Position numbers and translations under genes: made by a program
Assembly (NCBI GenBank): GCA_012295275.1
Contig: CM022670.1
Span: 25,978,001 to 26,042,000 of the forward strand
Direction of reading: 5' to 3'
From: Chrysomallon squamiferum
Lineage: Eukaryota; Animalia; Mollusca
Length of the DNA stretch: 64,000 nucleotides
Notes under the pieces: generated by a model
Databases searched by the model: none
What the model saw: only the letters and a program-made list of their open reading frames with translations
Told to the model about the DNA's origin: nothing
Part shown: piece by piece, positions 24,259 to 37,319 of the stretch
Layout: each line of letters opens with the position of its first letter
Position numbering within the stretch: the stretch's first letter is position 1

Positions 24259-26807
24259 CTAGTCACATGTGAGAAGACGTTCCTTGCAGATAGGAGTTTT
24301 GTCTGTTGTAATTTTCCACCGTGTGAACGAGATCCTTCTGAAATGTGTTGTATGGTCTACGTCTGTATTTGCTTTCAGAGGAGTCGTTTGAAAGTCGATG
24401 GTGCATGTGTGCCCGTGGTATATGCAGGAAGGGTAATCCAGAGGTCTTTTGATGTTGTATTTGTCCTGACAGAAAACAAATGACGTTTTAATCTACATAC
24501 ATACACATATATATATAATAAACAAAATCTATAAAAAATTAAATATTGTTATTTCTTTGCCTTAATGGTATGTTGAACAGTCATAATTTTGTTACATATA
24601 TAGTTAAAGACTATACTGAAAATGAAAACTGATGGAGTCTTATTTTTCAGTTAGTAGTTAGGTGTCTTTCATATGCACATCACATATGCAAGGAAGTATC
24701 TATAATTTCTCCTGATATGCCACTTATGGGAGACTGATAGAAAAGAAACAGTCTGATCAGAGCACAGAGGAGGACTGATCGTATGACCAATCATACATTA
24801 TGCCAGTACTATACCAATGAGCAATAACAACTTGGCTCATACATAAATTCAACTTACTTCGTATTGATAATAGTTATCAGCTACCATCGAGTTTATAAAG
24901 TGCAGCAGTTTCCATTGTGATATGTTTTCACGAAAGTTGTTCAAAATTGTGACTCCCTGAAAATGAAAAGTAATAAAAATACATTAACAGAAACAATGAC
25001 TCCTTCTTGTAATAATTGTTTAGAAATAATCATTCATTTTGTTTTGCTTCCAAAAGCTGAAAGTGATAAAGATTTTGTCCAACAGACTATTTGGTAGGTA
25101 TATTGTATTTCAAAACTTTTTGAACCAATATTTTTTTATATTAAGGCCAGATGTTTTAAAACACAAATGGCACAAAATTGTAATTTTAAATCTTTTAAAA
25201 TCAAACTGAACTCACTAAGTATATAGCCATAATGATGCCCATCACGTAGCCAACGACGACGTCAGTCCAGAAACTGCGACAGAGGGCGATCTCAGCCAGA
25301 CCACACATTAGAGACAGCATGACAAATATCAGAGACAGAAATGGGCGGATAATTCTTAACACTGTGTGCGTGCATAGCTCCATGAATGTATATCTGAAGA
25401 AGAAAACATTTTTAGAAACGACAATAATAAAATACTAGCAATATAATTATGACAAACAAAACTTCAGTAGACTCAGGCTTTATAGAATTTGCAAACTCGA
25501 ACGCTGTTAATGTAGTTGACCTAACGCTAGTCCTATATCAATTACATAAAAGGTGAAACGTTAGGCTAAATGTCCAGATAATGTATATCTCTTATAGCAG
25601 TCACTTAAAGCAGTGTTGACAACGTTTCATCTCAAATTTGAGTTCTTAACGATAAACCTTTACCAGAATCATTCAAATGTGCTGTGAGTTATACTTACAG
25701 ATATAAACACTGATGCAAAACTCGTCAAAGATGCATTCATGGACGGAAAGGACGTCCTGAAAATAATAAAAATAAATAATATGAAATACAGTTGTACCTT
25801 GACTTGCGAGTTTAATTCGTTCCGTAACTCAATTTGCTCGTATATCAAATCAATTTTCCGAAATGAAATTAAGTGAAATACCATTAATCTGTTCCAGCCC
25901 CCAAGAAACCACCCCAGTTTTTTGGTAATCTGTTTTTAAATAAGAAAAATATATTTATAAATGACAAATAACAAAATAAAAGAGAATGTAAAGAAATAAA
26001 CTGGTTTTGTAAAGTGTATTTATCTTGGAGATAGATGTTGTGTTCTTCTTGCGCCAACTAGCGGCGGCGTATCTGAAACTCACTCGTAACTTGGATTTTG
26101 GCTCGCAACTCAAAGCAACAAATCGATAGAGCGACTGCTTGTAACTCGGAAAACTCGTAAGTTGGAGGACTCGTAAGTCAAGGTACCACTGTATTTATTT
26201 ATCTTGGATCAGCTGTTATTAATATTTCTATAAATATAAGCACTTGTTAAAAGCACAGTAGTTCATATAAATGTATACTTACTTGCAAACATGAGCGTAC
26301 GACCATCGGCGAAAAAGAAAATTAAAAAAAATTGGTACTTGTGTTTTTGTACTTCGGCCAAATCAGTGACTCTTTCACATCCCCTTAACCAAAGAGTTCC
26401 ATACAAGGGAAAAAAAAAAAACAAAAGAAAGTACAGGGCCACGCAGAAGTATGTCTTTCTTTATCCTGTATTAAAATAAATAAACTGATTAAAATAAAAT
26501 AACCACCTATCTATTTATTTACCTTCCTTCCCTGACTGCGTATTTGTCTTTATTTAAACACAGTTCATCGCCTCCCAGGCTGCCGTTCAGTACGTTACAA
26601 CCGGTTACATTCACCTGACACAGTTCAAGGAAGTTAGGACGCAGTCGTCCCGTCATGATTTTTATAATGTCCACAAATATCATCAGAGCAAATCCCCCAA
26701 ATACAAAAACTCCTGAAATAAAAGTTAAATATTTCATGATTTGTTTTTGAATTATTTCAAGTCACTGTATTTTGATTCCGGTTTCAAAAAATCGTTTTGC
26801 AATTTAA

Positions 26808-26871
<64 letters not shown>

Positions 26872-26956
26872 GAATGGAAAGATAGTACAATTCCTTTTAA
26901 TATATATGTGAAACTTTACAAAGTAAAATTATTTAAAACTTTTGTATCGGGTAAAA

Positions 26957-26995
<39 letters not shown>

Positions 26996-27715
26996 CAATA
27001 ACAGTAATTTACATTTTAGTTTTAGAAACACTGTTATGTATAATGCAGTATAATACATACAAGTGATACAACTCCACTATACAATACAAAATAACTTAGC
27101 ACTATACTACTTTAAACTAAACGTTTTTATTAAAAGTATTAGTAGTAGTAGTAGTAGTAGTAGTAGCAGCAGCAGGATTTACAATAAAATAATACATTTA
27201 AAAATATTTTTAAATTATAACTATGACGAAAATTAATATAAATATTCATTCTAACTCTTGATAAGAAAAAAATATATAATTTTCATTGTATTTTCACAGT
27301 TCTATCTCTCACTGTCGTCGTTACTGAAAAACGAACTCACCCAGGAATCTGACGAGTCGGCGAAACACCTGGGGAAGAGCACAATGCCGATTCATTACGT
27401 GTACAATTTTCTGCGGCTCGGCCGTAAATGTGAACATACCGATCTCTCCTATTAAAATCTGAAATTTTAATTAATTTATACAGTTTTCACGTAATGTACG
27501 AATTAATCAATATATTTGATTATTAGAGTGTAAACAGATATCAGTCATATGCTGGTTTTTGTAAAGGAGAGAAAACGACAATTTCCATTCTGTTAATAGA
27601 AAGTAATCTTTTATATTTACGTTCTTTTCCTGATACAGGAATGTTCATACCCCTGACTTAGATTTATAAGTAACTGCACGGGTATTGAAAAATTGCCCAA
27701 AGTGTAATGATGATG

Positions 27716-27768
<53 letters not shown>

Positions 27769-27773
27769 CCGAA

Positions 27774-27805
<32 letters not shown>

Positions 27806-28626
27806 CCCTCCCAAAAACCAATAAAAACCAACAAAAAACAAGAAATCCCCCCCCAAAACCCCCCCCAAAAACAAAACAAATTAAAACAAACAATATCTTA
27901 GATGTTTATTTACATATTCACATTTCTGTAACTTAATCGTGTTAACATCAACTATGTTTAATTTTCTTCGTAAGAATTTCATATTCTTAATCATCATCCA
28001 AATGAAGTAAACCTAGTATCTAAGTAATAATTCTATGTCTATTATCTGATCAAACAGCATAAAATTACGAAAAAGAAAGTGCCTTTCGTCAAACGACTTT
28101 CAGGATTTATCAAAAACAAGAAAGGAGAATGAGCAGACGTACGACAAATGGCGGAACGCAGAAGCTGAGCGCATAGACTGCTTCATCGGGCACCTTGGCG
28201 TTGAAGGCGAAATCGGGCATTAAAGGGGCGTTGTCCTCTGCACACGACAACGTGGGGTCCGTGCACGAGAAGTTCTGACGTCGCAGAGGAAATATATCCG
28301 TCCATCTAAAAAAAAAAAAAAAAAATAATAATAAAAACAAAATAATAATAATAAATAAATAAATAAATAAATAAAATATTTTTAAAAATCTCTAATTCCC
28401 AATAATGTAGGCCGTAGCAATATTTCGTATGTTAACTATTTGTCTTAATCATATCAGTTAATAATAATTCTGTCTCTATTTTTGCTCTCACCGACAGTTT
28501 TCTACTGATAGTCAAAATAATAATAATAATAATAATAAAAATTAATTAAAAAAAAACTTAAAGTACTTGTATAAAGTTGTGAGTTATCCCAGTTATCCCA
28601 GTAACATTCAATTATAATTAGAAATT

Positions 28627-28689
<63 letters not shown>

Positions 28690-29568
28690 CAGAGCACGCA
28701 CAAACAAAACAACACAGTCTAAGAAACATAGATTTATTGTGTTTATCTAACCCTGACAGTGCATTCCTGATGCTGTCCTGGGATTTAATCGAATCTGCCC
28801 ACAACAAAAGAAAAACTGTTTCACACTAAACTCCTAACGATTGTCAATACGTTAAAATAGAAACATAAACATGGCTAACAGTCGATCTCTGTTGCCAGTG
28901 CTGTTCTTTAATTAGCCATTTGTTAATGAAGCAAAAACCCAGACAAACAGCGAATTATTTCGTTAGCTTTGTTTGCAGTATTTTAGACCCTGGGCACAGT
29001 TAGAGTCAGACTTAACTATTCACCGTAGTTCCAAGTTCATGGCTGAGTTTGACACTGAAGGTTAAATGAGTGAAAGAGAATGTTTGATAGATATTTCGAA
29101 TGTGTTACATTTGGAAAATGTATGTTGCCATGGTTCTGTTTACTTGTAAACTCCTTTTCTGTCTCGACTCTCCGTCTGTCTGTCTGTCTGTCTGTCTGCT
29201 TGTTTGTCTGTCTATCAAAATTTCAGTCCCTACATCTCCATCTAATTCCTCTGTCGTCATTATCTGTAAATTATTTAATTCTGATTAGTTTCTTAAACTT
29301 CTTGATTATTATTTTTTTATTTTATATTTTAGTTATTAATTATTATAAATTTTTAAAAAGTACCTTAAATGTTTACAACAGATATTTCTTTTTTTTATTT
29401 TCTTTTTTGACAACTGCGTTTCAAACATTAATATTTAGAAATTAACCTTCAGTGTAATTTCAAAGCAAGCATCACAGATTAAGGAGCTTACATGTTGTGT
29501 TAGAATATCAATAAGGAAATAGAATTGAGATTTAATAGTTAATATTTTTACATACTAGTAGTCTATTT

Positions 29569-29607
<39 letters not shown>

Positions 29608-29779
29608 TTATTTTTGTACTTTTTTTTTTTTCTTGTATTTTTTTAATTATATATATATGTTTTTTTGTTTAGTTTTGAATGTTAAATAATGATCTTTATT
29701 CTGGTTCTGATTTCTAAATTAATAACATTTTTGTCTGAATTTATCCTGAAAATATTTTCCTATATTTAAAATACAACGG

Positions 29780-29812
<33 letters not shown>

Positions 29813-30357
29813 AAACCCAAACCTGAGTCACCCACATCATCAAAGAAGTAAACGTTGAGATTCTTTTTAAGAGAATTAAAACATCAAATATTGAACGCCT
29901 GGGAAAACACAAGGCAAGTTAAAATAGCGTTTGTTCAGAGCTGAGATATGCATTTTGTCAGTCACTGTTGCCGAACATGTTTTGTTTTAGCAAATGTCAA
30001 ATGGATTTTTTCGCGTTGGCTTTCGCTGTTAAGAACGTGGTTCATCTTGTGTGGAACCGCTTCACACCGTCACGTCGTGCCGCGTGTACATTGAACGTGG
30101 CTGTGTTTGGAGGGTAAACAAGAGATGCAATTGGAAACGAGCAGAAAGAAAACAAAATGCTGGGTTTGTCTCACCATCAGCAAAAGCTGCGGATTACATC
30201 ACTAAGGATACTCTCAGAGGAGATAAATAATTAAGACATAAGAAAAGTATTATTTGCTGGCAGCAGTGAAAGGTGACCCTTGGAAAAACATCGTATATTG
30301 TTTGTTCTGCCCTACCTCATTCTTGTACATAATTTTGTTTTTCTTTTGTGTGTTTCA

Positions 30358-30456
<99 letters not shown>

Positions 30457-31255
30457 ACAAACAATCATAGCATATATAACACTACAATAATATAATAAAA
30501 CGAATAGCTGTAACATAATTATAAATTACCTTTTAGTGAAGTTTTAACAGACCTGAAATATCTGAGCCAATTTTATATTTGAACAGTTAAACGTTCCTAT
30601 CTCAGGGCGATTAATTTTGCAAACACAGAGATCGTAAGTCGTTTCTCTATTCACATAATTTTTATATCTATGTTATTAACTATGGATATTACATCTCGAG
30701 TCGATTTTCTTAATAATTTTTTAACTGACATTACTAATACTCTATGTTATTCATTGCCTTCTTTTTATTAATTATAATAAGGTCAACAAATGACGTTTTT
30801 TAATAATAAAAACATGATTCATTAGCCAGTTAAGCCTATCAAGTTTTTCTACTCAATCCATTATGGGAATCAATAGTTCCAGACGCAAAAAGATCAGTTC
30901 GTGAGCTATTACTAATTCAACACTCTGATGTCAGACATGAAATATTAATCACTTGCTGGTGGTCTTGTATATCAAACCTACAGGTACGTGAATGCCACAA
31001 GAAGATGTAAGAATAAGCGGTGAACAGAAAATTAAGTTTCAGTGCTGTCACTTCAAAGGTAACTTACCTGAGGAAATATTCGAGGATGACGACAAAGGAA
31101 AGAATCAGAATCTCTAGAACAAATGTAGCGCACAGCAACACCCCCTTGTAGCTGCTGCTCCGCGGCGTGAAGTCGGAGTTTCTGTCAGACGTCATGTACG
31201 TCCGTCCTTGGCTGTCGTAATCGACGTCGTGGCGGTCGTAGTGGTCTTCAGCCAT
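24259..31255 (-). CDS. PAP2-superfamily phospholipid phosphatase(-related) 6-TM protein (PLPP/PLPPR/wunen-like), probably catalytically inactive, with an apparent frameshift in exon 6
   Basis: Exons 31255-31068, 28305-28143, 27458-27341, 26712-26523, 25756-25699, 25393-25216, 24956-24858 and 24465-24259, all GT-AG. It shows NFSCTDPTL, C1 KIMTGRLRPNFLELC, C2 RTSFPSMN, RIIRPFL, a C3 region AEIALCRSFWTDVVVG and ILNNF. About 399 aa if the single extra base in exon 6 is removed. Confidence 0.88.
24660..24830 (-). mobile_element. Degenerate tRNA-derived SINE remnant (intron of the PAP2-like gene)
   Basis: The reverse complement begins TTGCTCATTGGTATAGTAC...GGTCATACGATCAGTCC (A-box/B-box-like), followed by a body resembling weakly similar segments at about 48857-48990 and 50810-50930. 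Highly diverged and recognised by eye only. Confidence 0.35.
25789..26191. mobile_element. Tc1/mariner-pogo (Tigger-like) MITE, complete copy
   Basis: 22-bp TIRs: left CAGTTGTACCTTGACTTGCGAG versus right (reverse complement) CAGTGGTACCTTGACTTACGAG, with 2 mismatches. Flanked by TA on both sides (25787-25788, 26192-26193). The internal sequence is shared with the copy at 50074-50672. Confidence 0.85.
26808..26868. repeat. (AAT)n microsatellite
   Basis: About 20 perfect AAT units. Similar tracts occur at 27718-27766, 37013-37083, 41716-41810, 49423-49490 and 56497-56583. Confidence 0.9.
28631..28685. repeat. (AG)n microsatellite
   Basis: Perfect AG dinucleotide run; explains the spurious SLSLSL ORF. 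Confidence 0.92.
30360..30455. repeat. (CT)n microsatellite
   Basis: About 47 perfect CT units. Confidence 0.95.
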
Positions 31256-33211
31256 CTCGCCTGTAAATTAATTTCATCTGCATATTAAAAATGATCATTT
31301 CAAATATTTGTTTTCTTTATTTTTTATTTGTTTTTCTATTATTATTCGTCTATGATAGTCATAGAGGAGTACATGTTACACGAAACAGATATGTTTTAGT
31401 TAATGTCATAAAGGTTTGGATTTTGTTTAAAGTAACAATCTATAAAAGCATGTCAAGTCTGTTGCATTTCAGCTTCAGAGGTTTCAAAAGCAATCACGTG
31501 AGGAAAATGCTTTGCTTTGACTGCTGATGACATCGTATACGTCATTGTTGCAGAGACCTGGGAATACATTTAATTATCCTCTCAAACACGAATCCGTATA
31601 AATTTCGATCAGAACTTTCGATTATAAGAATTTTATAGTCGCGCGACGCAAATTGTTTTTCATAGTGTACGAGCTTTCAGAAGAATTAACAACAACAATA
31701 ATGAATGAATAAATAAATAAATTTAAAAAAAATAAAAATATGAATCCGGATTTGAAATTGAGTTTATGGAAATAATAAAAATAAAACGAATGTTGATTGA
31801 CCATAATTTTTGTAAGTATTTCTATTAAAATATTTCATAAAAATGAAAGACAGAATTCTCCAGTATATTTAATATAGGTTACGAAGTAATAGTGAATATT
31901 GAAATAAACATTTATACATCTGTTTATATTATAATTTTTCGCAAATAAGTGAATACATTTTTTTTTTCTACTGCTTTCAAAAGTGACCTCAAAACGTAAT
32001 TTTGATTTTTATTAATTTTATTTTATTTAATTTATTCATTTATTTTCCAATCGACCATCTGGGTCATCTATTTGGAAACTGGTCAAACTGAAACATTCTT
32101 TTGGATTACGAACTGCTCAGGGTTTTAGTATAGTTAAACACACTGGGTAGAGGTCAAAGAAAGCTCTTTCTGGTTTTTCTTCAAAGCGCTGTGTCAATGC
32201 CACGGGCTGTACAACAAGGTCCCAAAGCAGGTTGTTTACGTGGATACACCTTTCAGTGAAACGCTCCAGCAATTTGGCCTGTGTCCCAAAGACGTAACAC
32301 ATTTTAGCGAGAAGAAGCACAAACAAGCAAAAATCAAGATGTCGTTTGCTGATGAACAGGGTCGTCTGCTTTGTCATGACGTAAATCGTTTGGTCTCTCT
32401 ACTCTCTTCTGTCTAATCCAAAAAGTCACTGATTGCAGTTATAATCTGCCCTGTGTTATTAGTGAGGCATATAAGGAGATTCGCATGAAATGGTAAAAGT
32501 TACTGTTTTATGAAGATGAAGAATATTCAATATCGTTTTTTGTTTTATCCTTCTTTTTTTTTTTTTTTTTTTTTTGAATTATCTGTCCGCGTAATACTAA
32601 GCTGCATAGTGAAGTTAGAAATATTAACTACTGTATTGTAATTTGTGTTAAACGCACATATATATTTTATTGAATGACCTTCAGTAAGGTGTATACGAGT
32701 ATAATATCGAATTTAATCTATATCAAAATATGTTAAATAACTGATATCTGACAAGAAAAATATTGCCATTTTCTTTCAGCCGACTTATGTTTTAGTTTAA
32801 TTATTTATTATTATTACCACTACTACTATTATTAATAATCCTACTTAAGACTACTAGTATCACTAACTACTAATACTAATACTTACCACTATTGCTACTA
32901 CTGCTTACTACTCACTACTACTGCTACTTCTTACTACAATTACTGCTACTAGATAAAACTAATTTCATCATGGATATTATATTCCACTGCAATGAAAGCT
33001 CTTACCTTGCTGAAATGAGGGTTTATGTTTTTATTTTTAAAACACACAGCTAACCTGTCACACTGATGCTTGTTGTATAAGGTCTAATAGATCAGAACAT
33101 TAGCAAACAGAAACAAAAATGATAAAACCAGAGATCTGTCATAAAAAACAAGTCAGAAGTATTTGTTCCATTTGTTTTTCAAGCAAAAAAAAAAAAAAAA
33201 AAAAAAAAACA

Positions 33212-33249
<38 letters not shown>

Positions 33250-33466
33250 ATATAATAATTTTTTTTTTTTTTTTAACTATCCATAAAAGTTTTTTTCTAA
33301 TGAATAAATTAATCTTTACAATGAACACCGGTATCCCTATTTTGTTTCACACACAATGGAATAAATTATATTTTTATGCAGTTATAATTTTTTTTTTTTT
33401 TCTTAATTCATATTTTCCAGTGCATGCCTAAGCTCAGATCACAATTATTTCATACAGGCCTTTTCG

Positions 33467-33467
<1 letters not shown>

Positions 33468-33550
<83 letters not shown>
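33468..33550. repeat. (CA)n microsatellite
   Basis: About 41 CA units. Further CA tracts at 33216-33243 and 34949-35010. Confidence 0.95.
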
Positions 33551-33553
<3 letters not shown>

Positions 33554-33636
33554 ACATTCATTTTCACCAGAATGAAAAACCTAAAGATCACACACATTAC
33601 AAATTGATTTACCATATCAAAGTAACAACAAAAATA

Positions 33637-33673
<37 letters not shown>

Positions 33674-34413
33674 AAAGTGGAGTATTGCTTCCAAATGTGT
33701 TTGAAAATAGACGTAAAACGTAATACAATTTATATAATTGAAAATACTTTTCAAGGGTTCCTGACAATTATAAAAAAAAAAAAAAAAATAAAAATCATAC
33801 CAATTGTAAAACCCATTTATATATTAGTCTACTAAAGAGGTAATAATTACCTTCGAAAACAACACAGTACATCCGTCAGTAGTATAATAAGCAAAAGCAA
33901 TGAAACATTTTCATTTCCTTTTGCGAAACTGCAGCCCACAACGCCACAGTCGAGTGCCAAGTCGAACATCCAATCCCTCCGCGGGAAATATTAAAATTTT
34001 AATTTTGAAGAAACATCGAAAGTATTAAGTGATTGACATAAGCCGGTAGCAAGGTTACTGACGGTAATACATCCAGCCGGTGTATCACCTGTGTGTAAAG
34101 TGAGGACGAAGACTGCGCATCTTCAAACATAACGGAAGAACCGGTGTGTTTGACTTGGTAGACGATTCTCAAACACGACATGCTTTCATCCAGATTCTTT
34201 TGTTTGCTCGCTCCGTAAAAGTTGGATCCGAACGAAGAGTCGGACGGGTTGGACAGGCTGCAAGTATGTGTGAATATTTAAATTACGGCGAAATGGATTG
34301 TAATTGAATTATCCTCTTGGAACCCAGTCTCTTTGAGGAATCTCATAAAGTCATTTTGGGTGGTGATACAAAATATGTCCTTCGAAGAAAAGAATGAAAT
34401 GCAGTAAATAATG

Positions 34414-34416
<3 letters not shown>

Positions 34417-34488
<72 letters not shown>
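34417..34488. repeat. (GA)n microsatellite
   Basis: Perfect GA run next to a CpG-retaining region. Confidence 0.93.
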
Positions 34489-34492
<4 letters not shown>

Positions 34493-34634
34493 TATATGTA
34501 GATAACGAAGAGAGAGAGAGATCCAAAAGAAACCAGAGAATGTACTAATGCTCTAAAAATGGCATCTACCCAAAATACACATAACCATTAAAATGATCTG
34601 TTAAATGAAAAGAGCATTGGAAACCTTGGTATTC

Positions 34635-34665
<31 letters not shown>

Positions 34666-34944
34666 TATTTTTTTTTTTTTTTAGGATTAACTCATTAACT
34701 TTAGAAAGACATTGACTTATATGTTTCAAGTTAGCAAACGCTTCACAGATAAATTATTTATATATTAACGCCAAAGTTTATTTTAATACTACTGGCAAGA
34801 TAAAAAATGATGATGCTGTGAACGGAACTGAATTCCCAACAAAGATCTTTCTCAACAGCATCATGATTTCGCCTCGGTTGAACTGATGATAGTGTTAATT
34901 CACGCATAAGGCAGTTAGTCTCTATATATCTGGTCAGAAACACA

Positions 34945-35011
<67 letters not shown>

Positions 35012-36118
35012 TATAAAAGCACGATCAATCTAAAGCAGGTAAAAGAAATATGTTTCTATTATGGAAACAGACTGACATCATTACAGTTTTCTTCCCTCTT
35101 ACTGCAAACCCCCGCTCGAGTCTTCAGCTGAACATCCGACCTACACACCACGATGATAAAAGATCCATCAAAATGACTAGAAATCATTATAAACACGAAT
35201 AAAACCAGTTTTGTAATCCAGAATATTGGACAGATATGCTATACAAATACTCACCGATTCTCCTATTAAATACAGCCGTTTACCGAAGAAAGGCCAGTTT
35301 CCTTACTTGTGCCATATTTGATTCTTACGGATTATGGATTCTTTGCGTGCCAGTATTGCATGAGCTTGTAAATATTTAAAACGTTCTTTTTATGGTTTCT
35401 AGGCAGTGCGTTTCTTTCAGAGTAGTAAGACTTAGCAACGGTATTCTTTTGAGCGAAACTGCGTTGCATAGATAAAGAGATAAAGCATTCGTCATTTGCT
35501 GTAGAAAAGATAAAAAGAAGTTAAGTGAACCGGATGAATCTAAAATAAGAAAAAAAAAAAAAAAAAAAAAAAAAAGGGACAGCAGACAAGCAATACGAGG
35601 CTGTACTGATGATGTTATTTTAGAAGAAGATGTTAATTAATAGCCTCTCAACACGGCAGTTCTATGAGTTAATACGGACAGGTCATGAATCGAATAAGCA
35701 TACCGTGTCTGTACACGCTCATTTCTCAAATCAACCCACTATCACAAGGTTATGTGCCAAAGCCAGGCGTGTTTAGATTTTTAATTAATATCAGTATGTT
35801 TCAAATGTTGATATATCATAACTATTATTAATCTGTTTTGTCACCGAGAGTAGAGTAAAAATGGAATTTTACTTTCTCTTAATGTTTTAATAATTAAAAT
35901 CAGGCACTTTATTTCACTCTGTCATTATTCTGTCAGCTGTAAATATTTGAGAAAAGAATTAAAAAAGATAAAAGAAAAGTAACCAACTGAATAGTTCAGT
36001 TAGCATGAGTTTAATATTCTACTATACTTCAAAGAGAAAACAAATATACATACACACATGCATGCATATATGTAGGTATATATACATACATACATACATA
36101 AATATATATACATACATA

Positions 36119-36158
<40 letters not shown>

Positions 36159-37027
36159 AAACAAAATGCAGACACGCATACACTCATACATGCATACATA
36201 CGTCCGAAAAACTGCCTGCAGAACGACTAGATATCCAAAAACAAAAAGCATCCATAATGACAAGAGAGAGAAGAGAGAAAAATAATAATAATAAATAATT
36301 TGAAAAAATGCCCACGAATGAACAAATACAGTTAAAGAATATTAGCCAAAAAACAACAACAAAAAAAAACTTTTACTCACGTTTTAGGTTGTAACAGTTT
36401 ACTGAAACGATCGTTGTCGGGTAAGTAACAGTATCAGTAGTAGGATTAGCTTTTTACTACTGGTGGGAAATTCTCTACACCTACATTGTCAACACGCCAT
36501 TCAATGAACTGGCTTTGACCGCGTTCATCTTTAAACACGATGTCGCTTAATTGAGACGTTTCATGAAGTTCGAGTATATAAAACCAGAAAAACGCAAAGA
36601 TATCGTGGTTTGGAGCCCATCACTGTTGACAGACAGCTATTAAATGTTATGAATACAGTCTGAAAGCGTGTGTATGTTACTCCCTGCAAGAACTATGCAT
36701 ATACGGAAATACTCATTTAAAATATATTAAGCGAAATGTTTGTTTTGATTCTTCTAAGGGGCTGTTTTAATCTGGTAAATGGTACAATTAAATATTATTT
36801 CTTTCTGCAATTTTTTTTTTTTTTTTTTTTTTTTTAATTACAGCACTGTTTTTGTACTTCTGTTCATGTTTTAAATAATATTATATATATTTTTTTTCTC
36901 GTTCATTTTAATTATTATTATTAAAGAAAGAAGAAATCGTTAAAAATCGAACATTCATTTAAAGAGAGAAAAAAAATGCATACTGAGCAATTATAACATG
37001 TTAATATTATTGCTATTATTATTATTA

Positions 37028-37083
<56 letters not shown>

Positions 37084-37280
37084 TTTGGTATGCACAGTAA
37101 ACTGTTTTTAGTACAGATGTAATTAGAATGTGACAAGAAACGATTAGCTTGTGTTAGATTTCGTCTTTAAAAACAAAAATATAAATAAACAAAATTATCA
37201 CACTCCTATCACTGTTTACGGTAAAAGCAAACTTATTTCTTGACTGGCAAAATGAACAATTTTTAATTATTATTATTATT

Positions 37281-37319
<39 letters not shown>

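Noticed and set aside
27617-27936. Cluster of overlapping ORFs with poly-Y/L/I/N/K runs (also 28502, 30254, 33424, 34278, 34758, 36000, 36921, 41626, 43258, 60743)
   Set aside because: These are translations of microsatellites and homopolymers, with no splice or homology support.
32117-32377. 86-aa minus-strand ORF upstream of the PAP2-like ATG
   Set aside because: No recognisable domain and no splice path into the gene.
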